This document shows positions 30,418-38,781 of a DNA stretch of 64,000 nt, piece after piece. The stretch is taken from positions 17,484 to 81,483 of the forward strand of contig OZ223517.1 of NCBI GenBank assembly GCA_965140785.1. Direction: 5' to 3'. Made by a program: the position numbers and the translations under genes. The notes below the pieces were generated by a model. That model saw only the letters and a list, made by a program, of their open reading frames with translations. It made no database searches and was not told the DNA's origin. Source of the stretch: an uncultured Ruficoccus sp. (GTDB taxonomy: Bacteria; Verrucomicrobiota; Verrucomicrobiia; Opitutales; Cerasicoccaceae). Positions within the stretch are counted from its first letter, which is position 1, and each line of letters opens with the position of its first letter.

Positions 30418-30990
30418 TCAGGCCTTGAGGTCGGGGCGTGTTTCCAGAATCGGAGCGGCCTCGACGTGTGTTTCCATCGCCGGCATGCCCTCCATCAGCT
30501 TGAGAATCTTCTCCAGGGACAGGGCGATGGTGGCCCGCTCCAGCTCCGGCAGTTGCTCCAGCCCCTCGGCCAGGCTGTCCTGCAAGGGCGAGGGCGAAGC
30601 CGCCACCAGGGCGCGGCCTTTTTCCGTCAGGTCGAGCCGGACCTTGCGCCGGTCCCGCGCCGAGCGTCGTCTCGCGGTCAGCCCGTGAGCCTCCAGCCGG
30701 TCGATGATTCCCACCAGCGTGCTCGGGCTCAGAAAGACTTCCTCCGACAACTCCTTGAGCGTCAAAGCCCCCAGCTCGTCGAGCTTGAGCAGGCAGATCA
30801 GCTGCGGCACGGTCACCCCGTGCTCCTGCGCCAGCTTGCGCGAATACACGTCCACCGACCGGATAATCCGCCGCAGGGACCGCAGGATACGCAGGTCGTA
30901 GCGCTCCTTGGGGACCAGCGGCAATACTTCCGGGTGCTCGGGCAGAGGAGTTTCCTCAGCCGACGTATTTTCGCCGTGGGTAAGAGACAT
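30418..30990 (-). CDS. MarR family transcriptional regulator (EctR/CosR-like)
   Basis: LRRIIRSVDVYSRKL...GVTVPQLICL...LSPSTLVGIIDRLE...DRR...LTEKG...PSPLQ; ATG at 30990. Confidence 0.88.
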   Translation of the reverse strand: MSLTHGENTSAEETPLPEHPEVLPLVPKERYDLRILRSLRRIIRSVDVYSRKLAQEHGVTVPQLICLLKLDELGALTLKELSEEVFLSPSTLVGIIDRLEAHGLTARRRSARDRRKVRLDLTEKGRALVAASPSPLQDSLAEGLEQLPELERATIALSLEKILKLMEGMPAMETHVEAAPILETRPDLKA

Positions 30991-30998
30991 AGAGTGGC

Positions 30999-31028
30999 AA
31001 ACTATTCGTACACGAATGATTCGGTCAA
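30999..31028 (-). promoter_or_regulatory. Promoter of the marR-gsmt-sdmt-BCCT operon with an internal palindromic operator
   Basis: TTGACC-N18-TAGTTT on the minus strand; the spacer contains the perfect palindrome ATTCGT-GT-ACGAAT (31004-31017). Confidence 0.65.
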
Positions 31029-31332
31029 GAACCTTATCGGGGCGGCACCCAAACGTGACAAGGCCCCGAAGGGGCAAATCTTCCGCGCCGGAATATCCGT
31101 ATGCCCGAGCCTCTCTTATTCACAGCCAGCCCGTGATATCGAACAGTGTTGTCCGTGGCTGGTCAGCGGACCGCAGGCACGCATGCGGTCCGCGCTATTT
31201 TCCGGCAAGGGCAGCTCCAGCCGGGGCTCCCCTTGCTGGAAAAAGACGGTGAAAAAGTCCTTGAAAGCCGGCCCCAAACCCACATGCTCCTTTCCTTTGC
31301 GTTAGAAGCCGACGGCCCGTTCGTCCGCTTCC

Positions 31333-31420
31333 GCGACCCAGCGCCTCCGGGCGCTGTTAACGGTATTTCCGGCGAGTGGCTGGAAATACGATCCCTCCTC
31401 CGAGGCGGTCCGGGTGTCGT
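31333..31420 (+). ncRNA. Structured 5' leader of rpsO (candidate S15 autoregulatory leader)
   Basis: Hairpins CAGCGCC/GGCGCTG and GTATTTCCGGC/GCTGGAAATAC enclosed by GCGAC/GTCGT, just upstream of the rpsO start. Confidence 0.5.
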
Positions 31421-31438
31421 GCAATAGAAAAAATCATT

Positions 31439-31705
31439 ATGGCTGAAGCTGTAGACAAGAACAAGGTTATCGAAGAATACAAGGTCCACGACAAGGACAC
31501 CGGCTCGTGCGAAGTGCAGATTGCGCTTCTGACGGCCCGCGTAACCCACCTCACGAACCACCTGCGCACGCACCGGAAGGACTTCCACTCGCGCCGCGGG
31601 CTGATCGCGATGACCTCGCGCCGCAGAAAACTCCTCAACTACCTGAAGCGTACCCAACTCGACAAGTACAACGAGATCATCGGTCGCCTCGGTCTGCGCC
31701 GCTAG
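31439..31705 (+). CDS. rpsO: 30S ribosomal protein S15
   Basis: [16 protein letters not shown]...[11 protein letters not shown]...LGLRR. Confidence 0.98.
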   Translation: MAEAVDKNKVIEEYKVHDKDTGSCEVQIALLTARVTHLTNHLRTHRKDFHSRRGLIAMTSRRRKLLNYLKRTQLDKYNEIIGRLGLRR

Positions 31706-31713
31706 TCCAGCAA

Positions 31714-31745
31714 AGGCCGCCATGCATCTGCCTGGCGGCTTTTTT
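31714..31745 (+). terminator. Rho-independent terminator after rpsO
   Basis: GGCCGCCA...TGGCGGC followed by TTTTTT. Confidence 0.75.
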
Positions 31746-31870
31746 ATAAACTTTGGGCTTGGCCCGTGCGCTAGCCGCATAAGCAGGCCCTGATAAAAAA
31801 ACCCAAGCGTCATGCCGGCGCTTCCGACGTCCGATCCGTCCCCGGCATATCCAAGAATCATACATATCCT

Positions 31871-34123
31871 ATGAAGCAAAAATACTCGGTCACCGCTGGT
31901 GACCTCGGAATCAATATCTCGACGGGCTCTATCGCCAAGCAGGCCAGCGGCGCCGTCACGATCTCCCTGGGGGAAACGGAAGTTTTCGTCAGCGCCACCG
32001 CCGCCACCACCATGCGGCCCGGCCAGGACTTCTTCCCCCTGACCGTTGACTACCGCGAAAAGTTCTCCGCCGCCGGGCGTTTCCCGGGCGGGTACTTCAA
32101 GCGCGAAGGTCGCCCCTCCGAAAAGGAAATCCTGACCTCGCGCCTGTGCGACCGTCCCCTGCGTCCGCTCTTCCCCAAGGGCTTCCTCAATGAAGTGCAG
32201 GTCATCGGCATCCTGATGACCACCGACCTGGTCAACGAGCCCGACGTGCTCATGGTCAACGGCGCCTCCGCCGCCATCATGTGCTCCGACATCCCCTGGG
32301 ACGGCCCCATCGGCTGCATCCGCCTGGGCGAAGTCGAAGGTGAGTTCGTGGTCAACCCGACCAACGAGCAGATCTTCGAGTCCACCCTCGACCTCATCTA
32401 CGTCGGCAACGAGCAGGAAATGATGATGATCGAAGGCTCCGCTGACCAGATCAGCGACGAGCGCTTCGTCGAGGCCCTGGAGTTCGCCCATCAGGCCATC
32501 CAGCCCATCATCGCCGCCCAGAAGGACCTCGCAGCCCAGGTGGCCAAGGCCAAGAAGGAATTCGAGCTGCACAACGCCAAGCCCGAAATCCTCGACATGT
32601 GCCGCGAACAAGCCGCCGGCAAGCTCGCCGAAGCCGTCTTCCAGGACAAGAAGCAGGACCGCGAGGCCGCTGTGAACGCCCTTAAGGACGAGTGCGCGAA
32701 GTTCGTCGAAGAAAAGGTCGGGGAGGAAGAGTTCGACGAGAACCAGATCTCCATGGCCTTCGAAGTCCTTCAGGAAGAAGTTTACCGCCAGAACATCCTC
32801 GACTCCGGCAAGCGCGTCGATGGCCGCGGCCCCGAGGACCTGCGCGAGATCTCCTGCGAGACCGACGTGCTCCCCCGCGTGCACGGCTCCGCCCTCTTCC
32901 AGCGCGGTGAAACCCAGAGCGTGGTCAACATCACCCTCGGCACCACCCGCGACACCCAGGACCTGGACGGCCTCACCGGCGGCCCCCGCTCGAAGTCGTT
33001 CATCCTGCACTACAACTTCCCGCCCTTCTCCGTCGGCGAGTGCGGCCGCTTCACCGGCCCCGGACGCCGCGAGATCGGTCACGGTGCCCTGGCCGAGCGT
33101 TCGCTCCTGCCCGTGCTCCCGCCCGAGGACGAGTTCCCCTACGCCATCCGCGTGGTCTCCGACATCATGGAGTCCAACGGCTCGACCTCCATGGCCTCCG
33201 TCTGCGGCGGTACCCTCGCCCTGATGGACGCGGGTGTCCCGATCACCTCGCCCGTCGCCGGTATTTCCTGCGGCCTCGTCACCAAGACCGACGAGAACGG
33301 CAAGATCAACCAGCACGTCATCCTGACCGACATCCTCGGCGCCGAGGACCACTTCGGTGACATGGACTTCAAGATCTGCGGCACGAGCGAAGGCATCACC
33401 GGCTTCCAGCTCGACCTCAAGATCCACGGCCTGCCCTTCGACATCGCCAAGGAAGCGATCAAGCGCAACAAAATTGCCCGCGAGAAAATCCTCGAGGTCA
33501 TGACGGCCGCCATCGCCGCTCCCTCCAGCGAACTGAAGGAATACGCCCCGCGCATCGAGACCCTCCAGATCGACCCGGAAAAGATCGGCATGCTCATCGG
33601 CCCCGGCGGTAAAAACATCAAGCGCATCACCGAAATCACCGGCGCGCAGATCGACATCGCCGAAGACAACAGCGGTCGCGTCAATGTCTTCGCCACCGAT
33701 GGCGAGAGCATGGCCCGCGCCGTCAAGGAAGTCGAAATGGTCACCGCCGAGATCGAAGACGGCAAGACCTACAAGGGCATTGTCCGCTCGACCAAGGAAT
33801 TCGGCGCCTTCGTCGAATGTCTCCCCGGCCAGGAAGGCCTCGTCCACGTTTCCGAACTGGCCGACTTCCGCGTCGAAAAGGTCGAGGACGTCTGCAAGGT
33901 CGGCGACGAAATCGTCGTCAAGTGCATCGGTCGTGACGACCGCGGCAAGGTTCGCCTGAGCCGCCGCGCCGCTCTCGCCGAAGCCCAGGGTATCCCCTAC
34001 GAGCCCAAGCCCAAGCCCTCCGGCGGTGGTGACCGCGGCCGGGGCCGTGGTGGCGATCGCGGCGGACGTGGCGGAGACCGTGGTGGCCGTGGTGGCGATC
34101 GCCGTCGCCGCGACGACGACTAG
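31871..34123 (+). CDS. pnp: Polyribonucleotide nucleotidyltransferase (PNPase)
   Basis: [45 protein letters not shown] and S1 domains. Confidence 0.99.
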   Translation: MKQKYSVTAGDLGINISTGSIAKQASGAVTISLGETEVFVSATAATTMRPGQDFFPLTVDYREKFSAAGRFPGGYFKREGRPSEKEILTSRLCDRPLRPLFPKGFLNEVQVIGILMTTDLVNEPDVLMVNGASAAIMCSDIPWDGPIGCIRLGEVEGEFVVNPTNEQIFESTLDLIYVGNEQEMMMIEGSADQISDERFVEALEFAHQAIQPIIAAQKDLAAQVAKAKKEFELHNAKPEILDMCREQAAGKLAEAVFQDKKQDREAAVNALKDECAKFVEEKVGEEEFDENQISMAFEVLQEEVYRQNILDSGKRVDGRGPEDLREISCETDVLPRVHGSALFQRGETQSVVNITLGTTRDTQDLDGLTGGPRSKSFILHYNFPPFSVGECGRFTGPGRREIGHGALAERSLLPVLPPEDEFPYAIRVVSDIMESNGSTSMASVCGGTLALMDAGVPITSPVAGISCGLVTKTDENGKINQHVILTDILGAEDHFGDMDFKICGTSEGITGFQLDLKIHGLPFDIAKEAIKRNKIAREKILEVMTAAIAAPSSELKEYAPRIETLQIDPEKIGMLIGPGGKNIKRITEITGAQIDIAEDNSGRVNVFATDGESMARAVKEVEMVTAEIEDGKTYKGIVRSTKEFGAFVECLPGQEGLVHVSELADFRVEKVEDVCKVGDEIVVKCIGRDDRGKVRLSRRAALAEAQGIPYEPKPKPSGGGDRGRGRGGDRGGRGGDRGGRGGDRRRRDDD

Positions 34124-34228
34124 GCGGGTTGCACCCGCTGGCAATGAAGGGCTTCGCCCTTACGGAGCCAAAAGGCTCCTATCCCGAGAGGGACACTGCC
34201 AGCCGATAGACACACATTCTTTAGCAAA

Positions 34229-34259
34229 TCCCGGTTCCGCAAGGAGCCGGGTTTTTTTT
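34229..34259 (+). terminator. Rho-independent terminator after pnp
   Basis: CCCGGTTCC-GCAA-GGAGCCGGG followed by a T-run. Confidence 0.85.
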
Positions 34260-34301
34260 ATTGTGTACCAGTCCCCTAGGTCAATCTACTCATCTTACAT
34301 C

Positions 34302-35036
34302 ATGAATAAAGGGAAAGCGTTAGATCTGGAAAGCTCAGAAAAGCTCCTCGACGTGGTATTCGGCGTTGTTGTCGGCATCAGCCTACTCGAACTACCTGAT
34401 GCCTTCGGTAAGGCCATAACGACATCAACAATCCACGAGTGGAACCGCTCGATTCTGCTAATCGCCAGCCTAATTTATGTTGCCTTCTATTGGCTTGAAG
34501 GCAGGCACTTCATCGCACTCCAAAACGAATTCAATAAAGAGTTCAATAAAACTAGAGAAAAATCAAATAACGGAATACCGCTCGACCTCTCCGTATTTTT
34601 GATCGGCTCCTTAACCTTAATGGCATTAGCCGCTGCACAGTTAACATTCTCTAATCAGGGAAATCTGTTAATGTTCTCTTACGCAGCCGCTTGCTTCTGG
34701 TTCCTTGATGTATTCGGAAGTGTCAATTACAGGCATGAATACAAGAAATATGAGACAAGTCTCAACCTCTCTGACTCTAGAAAAACAGATGCGGAACGAT
34801 GGTATATCAGCCATATATGCACTCCTTTTTTCTATTTTTACAGCTTATCAAACTTCGCCGTATATCTTACAGGAATCATCGCCATACAAGTGCTTCGACT
34901 CTCGCCAACTGGAGAGCTCTGCTTATGCTTTTTTTATTTATTCGTCTGCTTATTTAGACATCTATACGTTCGCTCGTACCTCTTGGAAAAAGTAACCGAT
35001 CATTACGAAGAAAAAATGAAACGAACAGACATATAA
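34302..35036 (+). CDS. AT-rich multi-pass membrane protein, possibly TMEM175/DUF1211-like
   Basis: About 6 hydrophobic helices; EKLLDVVFGVVVGISLLEL and YVAFYWL resemble the TMEM175 helix 1 and helix 2 motifs. Confidence 0.55.
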   Translation: MNKGKALDLESSEKLLDVVFGVVVGISLLELPDAFGKAITTSTIHEWNRSILLIASLIYVAFYWLEGRHFIALQNEFNKEFNKTREKSNNGIPLDLSVFLIGSLTLMALAAAQLTFSNQGNLLMFSYAAACFWFLDVFGSVNYRHEYKKYETSLNLSDSRKTDAERWYISHICTPFFYFYSLSNFAVYLTGIIAIQVLRLSPTGELCLCFFYLFVCLFRHLYVRSYLLEKVTDHYEEKMKRTDI

Positions 35037-35041
35037 ACTTT

Positions 35042-35839
35042 ATGCGAAACAAACCGCTTGCACTGATAACAAACGACGACGGCATCGACTCCTGGTTTCT
35101 GCGGACGCTGGTCGAGGCGATGCTGAACGATTTCGAGGTCGTGGTGGCCGCCCCGATGGGTGAGCAGAGCTGGATCGGTCGCGCCATGAGCCGCCGCCGC
35201 GAAGTCCACCTCGCCGAAAACGAAACCCTCGGCTGCAAAGCCTACGCGCTCGACGGCACGCCCAGCGACTGCGTCAACATCGCCCTCGGACACCTCATGG
35301 ACGGACGCAAGCCCGACGTGGTCTGCTCCGGCATCAACCTGGGCTACAACGCCTGCCTGCCGCTCATCCTCTCCTCCGGCACTGTGGCCGGGGCCATGGA
35401 GGGCGCCTTCTGGGGACTGCCCGCCGTCGCCTTCTCCCACGTCATCCCGCAGGTGGACTTCGAGGCCATTCGCGAAAAGCACGGCCAGGCCGAAGGCGAG
35501 ATGGCCGACTCCGTCCGTTGCTCCGCCGCGCTCAGCGTGGACATCGCCCTCTCCGTCCTCGGGCAAAAACCCGCCTCGCCCATCGTACACAACATCAACT
35601 TCCCCAAGCGCACCACCGCCGACAGCGAGGTCGTGCGCACCATCCCCTCCCCCATGCCGATGCACTCGCTCTTCCGGCGCGCGGCGGAGAGCAGCTTCAC
35701 TTTCAACAAAGTCGAGCGCGAACCCGTTCCCGACGGCCAGCTCGACGACATGCAGGCGCTCAACAACGGCAAAGTCAGCCACACCGTCCTCGACCTCGCC
35801 GCCATCGCCGCCCCGGTGCCAACGTCCATCGAGAGCTAA
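35042..35839 (+). CDS. surE: 5'/3'-nucleotidase SurE
   Basis: LITNDDGI, APMGEQS, DGTPSDCV, SGINLG, SGTVAGAMEG. Confidence 0.96.
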   Translation: MRNKPLALITNDDGIDSWFLRTLVEAMLNDFEVVVAAPMGEQSWIGRAMSRRREVHLAENETLGCKAYALDGTPSDCVNIALGHLMDGRKPDVVCSGINLGYNACLPLILSSGTVAGAMEGAFWGLPAVAFSHVIPQVDFEAIREKHGQAEGEMADSVRCSAALSVDIALSVLGQKPASPIVHNINFPKRTTADSEVVRTIPSPMPMHSLFRRAAESSFTFNKVEREPVPDGQLDDMQALNNGKVSHTVLDLAAIAAPVPTSIES

Positions 35840-35924
35840 GCCAAGCTGCCCCCAAACGACAGGCATAGAGAACCGGACCTGGACTTTCCCGCGCCCGCTT
35901 CCCCTTATCGCCTTTTTCGGCCAC

Positions 35925-35955
35925 AAAAAAAGCGCCTCCAACTGGAGGCGCTTTT
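35925..35955. terminator. Bidirectional terminator between surE and the PEP-CTERM gene
   Basis: AAAAAAAGCGCCTCCA-AC-TGGAGGCGCTTTT. Confidence 0.85.
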
Positions 35956-35995
35956 GCGTAAATAACAGGATAACCGTAAACAAACCGCTTACCGC

Positions 35996-36766
35996 TTACT
36001 TGCGAAAGCGACGGCGCAGAGCCACGAAGGCCAGGGCCAGACCGCCAGCAATAGCAGCGTAGGTGGAAGGCTCCGGAACAACGTTCCCCAATATCTGGAC
36101 ATTGTCGATATTCAGAGTGTTGGAAGCCCCCAGACCGCTCACCGTGCCACGGATGAAGAACTCGCTGCCCGCGCCTGCGGCGGTCAGGTCAACGGATTCG
36201 GCGATACCACCGGAGCTTTCGGAAGCGGTGATATCCTGGCTGCCGAGGCTGAGCCATCCACCTTCAGTATTGAAGGAGATTTCCCACAGGATGCTGACGG
36301 TGATGCCCCCACCGTTTGTGATGGACACACCATATGTCAGCGCCTCCGGATCATAGATATCGCCACCCGACAGAGCATTCACGGCAAACGTAATGGAGCT
36401 GCCATTGGCAAGCGGCATCAGCTGCATAGCTGTGTTATTGAGTGGCAGTTCATCCAACGGGCCACGATCATCGGAGCTCGACAGAGAGCGGTTTTTGTCA
36501 ACATCTGAGAATTTCACACCCACAGAGTTGTCGATAAAACCGTTCTGCAATTCGGAAGAGCCATACTGGCCATCCATATGAAGGGTCGCATTCGCGCTCC
36601 CCCCCATATTCGCGTCACCGGTCACGTCCGACCAATTGGATTCCACCGTGAGATCGGTGTAGGTAAAGTTACCGAAATCCCATCCAGCAACTAGGATAGA
36701 GGCGTGGGCGGATATACCGCTAGCCACTGCAAGGACTGATAAGGCAATCGTCTTTTTAAGATTCAT
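35996..36766 (-). CDS. PEP-CTERM (exosortase-sorted) surface protein
   Basis: Signal peptide; C-terminal VPEPSTYAAIAGGLALAFVALRRRFRK. Confidence 0.95.
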   Translation of the reverse strand: MNLKKTIALSVLAVASGISAHASILVAGWDFGNFTYTDLTVESNWSDVTGDANMGGSANATLHMDGQYGSSELQNGFIDNSVGVKFSDVDKNRSLSSSDDRGPLDELPLNNTAMQLMPLANGSSITFAVNALSGGDIYDPEALTYGVSITNGGGITVSILWEISFNTEGGWLSLGSQDITASESSGGIAESVDLTAAGAGSEFFIRGTVSGLGASNTLNIDNVQILGNVVPEPSTYAAIAGGLALAFVALRRRFRK

Positions 36767-36786
36767 GTTGGTAATTGTTTTTCTGG

Positions 36787-36816
36787 GCAGTCTGGCGGAA
36801 TCAACCGCCAGACTGC
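36787..36816. other. Intergenic 12-bp perfect stem-loop without U-tract
   Basis: GCAGTCTGGCGG-AATCAA-CCGCCAGACTGC. Confidence 0.7.
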
Positions 36817-36837
36817 GGTTAAGCGTAGAGTATCGAA

Positions 36838-38415
36838 TTAGTCGAGGTTCTGAGCGGCGGCATTATCAACCAGCACACCACGCAGGTTCAGGGCCGTCCA
36901 ACCGGTGGTGAACAGCGGAGCCAGAGTATCCGGCGGGAACGCTCCGATGTAGTTGACGGAGCTGAAGAAGGTGTTCGTCACCGGCACGCCGGCGGCAGGC
37001 AGAATCACAGCGCCGCTGAGCGGAACCGGGTTCAGGCCATTGGATACGGTCTGGTCATTGGCGAGACCGCCATTGGCAGCGCCAAAGAGCGGGTTGGTAC
37101 CGACAACGTTCTTCTGCGCACCGGGGGTGATCCCCGTGTTGTTGTTCAGGAAGGCATCGGCAATGGAGTTCGCACCGATGTTGTTGGCGACGTTACCGGC
37201 CACATTGTACCAGAGGGTACCGGCGACATTCAGCGTACCGGCCTGAGCGCGAGCCTGCGGGTTGAGCGAAGGGAAGCCGACCGTGGTGGACAGCGTGCTG
37301 GCGCTGGTCTGAATATTGAAGACGTCCGTCTTAGTGCCGCCGTAGGCAAGGATCGAGTTGAAGAAGTTACCACCGAAGCCTTCCTTCATGTCGAGAAAAC
37401 CGCCGAAGTCGTTGCTGTTCGGGCCGAACATGGTGATGTTGTAGATCGTGGGGCAACCGAAAGGCTGACCGGCAGGTACAATGTTGGCCGGGTCTTCACC
37501 GTCCCACTCACCCAGCTTGTCAGCGGAGATGCCGCTAGCGTTGGGAGTGTAGTTGCTGGCGATGATGAAGCCAAATTGAACGAGACCGGTATAACCCTGG
37601 TCCAGGTCGAGGCCGTCATCGTCGAAGTAGCTAAGTATGAAGTACTTCAGATTTGCGGTACCACCAAATATTTCGATGCCATCGTCACCGGAGCAGTAGA
37701 TGTCGATGTGGTCCAAGCGAGTGCCCGAACCGACGCCGCCGAGGGTCAGGCCCTGCTGTTCTTCGTCCGGGTCGGTGGTATTACCGGTGTGACGGATCGA
37801 GACATAAGCGATGCTGCCGCTGCTGTCATTGGGCAGAAGACCGCCATAGATAGTGCGGGAGTCATTCTGGGTGTAACCTTCGATGTAGGCGGTACCAGCT
37901 ACACCGGTGGGGCTGCTGCTGCGGTTGACAGTCGAGTAGCCCAACAGGGTAACGGCGCCCCAGAGGTTGACATTGTCGTTGGTACCGTCACTCGGGGGGA
38001 GCGGGGCAGTCTTGGGATCGGCGTCCAGGAAGGCATCACCCGTTGTCCAACGCTCGCGGTTGGTGTCAGCGGCAGTCGTGAAAATGATCGGAGAGCTGGG
38101 AGTACCCACAGCGTAAATTTCGCCCCCGCGGGTAACCACGAGGCTGCCCGGCACGTCAGAAGCCGACAGCTGCGGCTGACCGCGCACAATCGTACCAGGT
38201 TGGATGGTCAGGGTCACACCCGGCATGACGAAGGTGTTCCCCTGCAGGATGTATTCATTATCCGAGGTCAGCGTCATATCCTCGGTGATATTGTATTCAC
38301 CAACAGAGGGGCTGGTGATTTCCGAAAAGGTCGCATTGTCCAAAGAAACAATGCCGGCAAATGCGGAGCCAGCCATCAGGACCGAACTTGTTAATAGCGT
38401 AAGCTGTTTGTTCAT
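36838..38415 (-). CDS. Secreted pectin-lyase-like beta-helix protein of the family typically paired with TonB-dependent receptors
   Basis: Signal peptide; LTIQPGT, GSLVVTRGG.I.A.GT..SPIIFT, WGAVTLLG, DSSGSIAYVSIRH.G, GLTLGGVGSGT, DDGIEIFGG, DDDGLDLDQGY.G. Confidence 0.8.
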   Translation of the reverse strand: MNKQLTLLTSSVLMAGSAFAGIVSLDNATFSEITSPSVGEYNITEDMTLTSDNEYILQGNTFVMPGVTLTIQPGTIVRGQPQLSASDVPGSLVVTRGGEIYAVGTPSSPIIFTTAADTNRERWTTGDAFLDADPKTAPLPPSDGTNDNVNLWGAVTLLGYSTVNRSSSPTGVAGTAYIEGYTQNDSRTIYGGLLPNDSSGSIAYVSIRHTGNTTDPDEEQQGLTLGGVGSGTRLDHIDIYCSGDDGIEIFGGTANLKYFILSYFDDDGLDLDQGYTGLVQFGFIIASNYTPNASGISADKLGEWDGEDPANIVPAGQPFGCPTIYNITMFGPNSNDFGGFLDMKEGFGGNFFNSILAYGGTKTDVFNIQTSASTLSTTVGFPSLNPQARAQAGTLNVAGTLWYNVAGNVANNIGANSIADAFLNNNTGITPGAQKNVVGTNPLFGAANGGLANDQTVSNGLNPVPLSGAVILPAAGVPVTNTFFSSVNYIGAFPPDTLAPLFTTGWTALNLRGVLVDNAAAQNLD

Positions 38416-38453
38416 TTAGTGTATCTAGTTAGGGTTATGAAGAAAGAGTCTGC

Positions 38454-38509
38454 ATTGTAGGGCTAGCGTGCGACACCCCGATGGCATACGTGTTACAATA
38501 TCGTGACAA
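38454..38509 (-). promoter_or_regulatory. Pho-box-type promoter for the beta-helix/PEP-CTERM genes
   Basis: Minus strand: TTGTCAC-N4-TTGTAAC-N4-ATGCCAT-N4-GTGTCGC (11-bp period), then exactly 10 bp, then TACAAT (-10). Confidence 0.75.
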
Positions 38510-38781
38510 AGACTCGGGCAGGATGCGCCTCACGAAGCGCGACCGGGCCGATAGGCCCGATAATCATCCGTTTTCCACTGTTCAATTGTCCGCCCGAACG
38601 ACATCCGGGAAGCACATTTAGGATGAAGTCCTGACATGAAAGGAATAACTCCGGATTCGCCTAAAAGCCTGAGGCGGGCTGGATCAGACGATAATTTATA
38701 GCCCGGAAGAGAAGCCTCTTAAACGGAACAGGAATAAAAATAATCGAAGAAAAGCGGTGGTTCTGAGCCCAAAAACTCACC

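Noticed and set aside
31163..34144. 993-aa minus-strand ORF
   Set aside because: Antisense shadow of pnp/rpsO caused by biased high-GC codon usage; no recognisable motifs.
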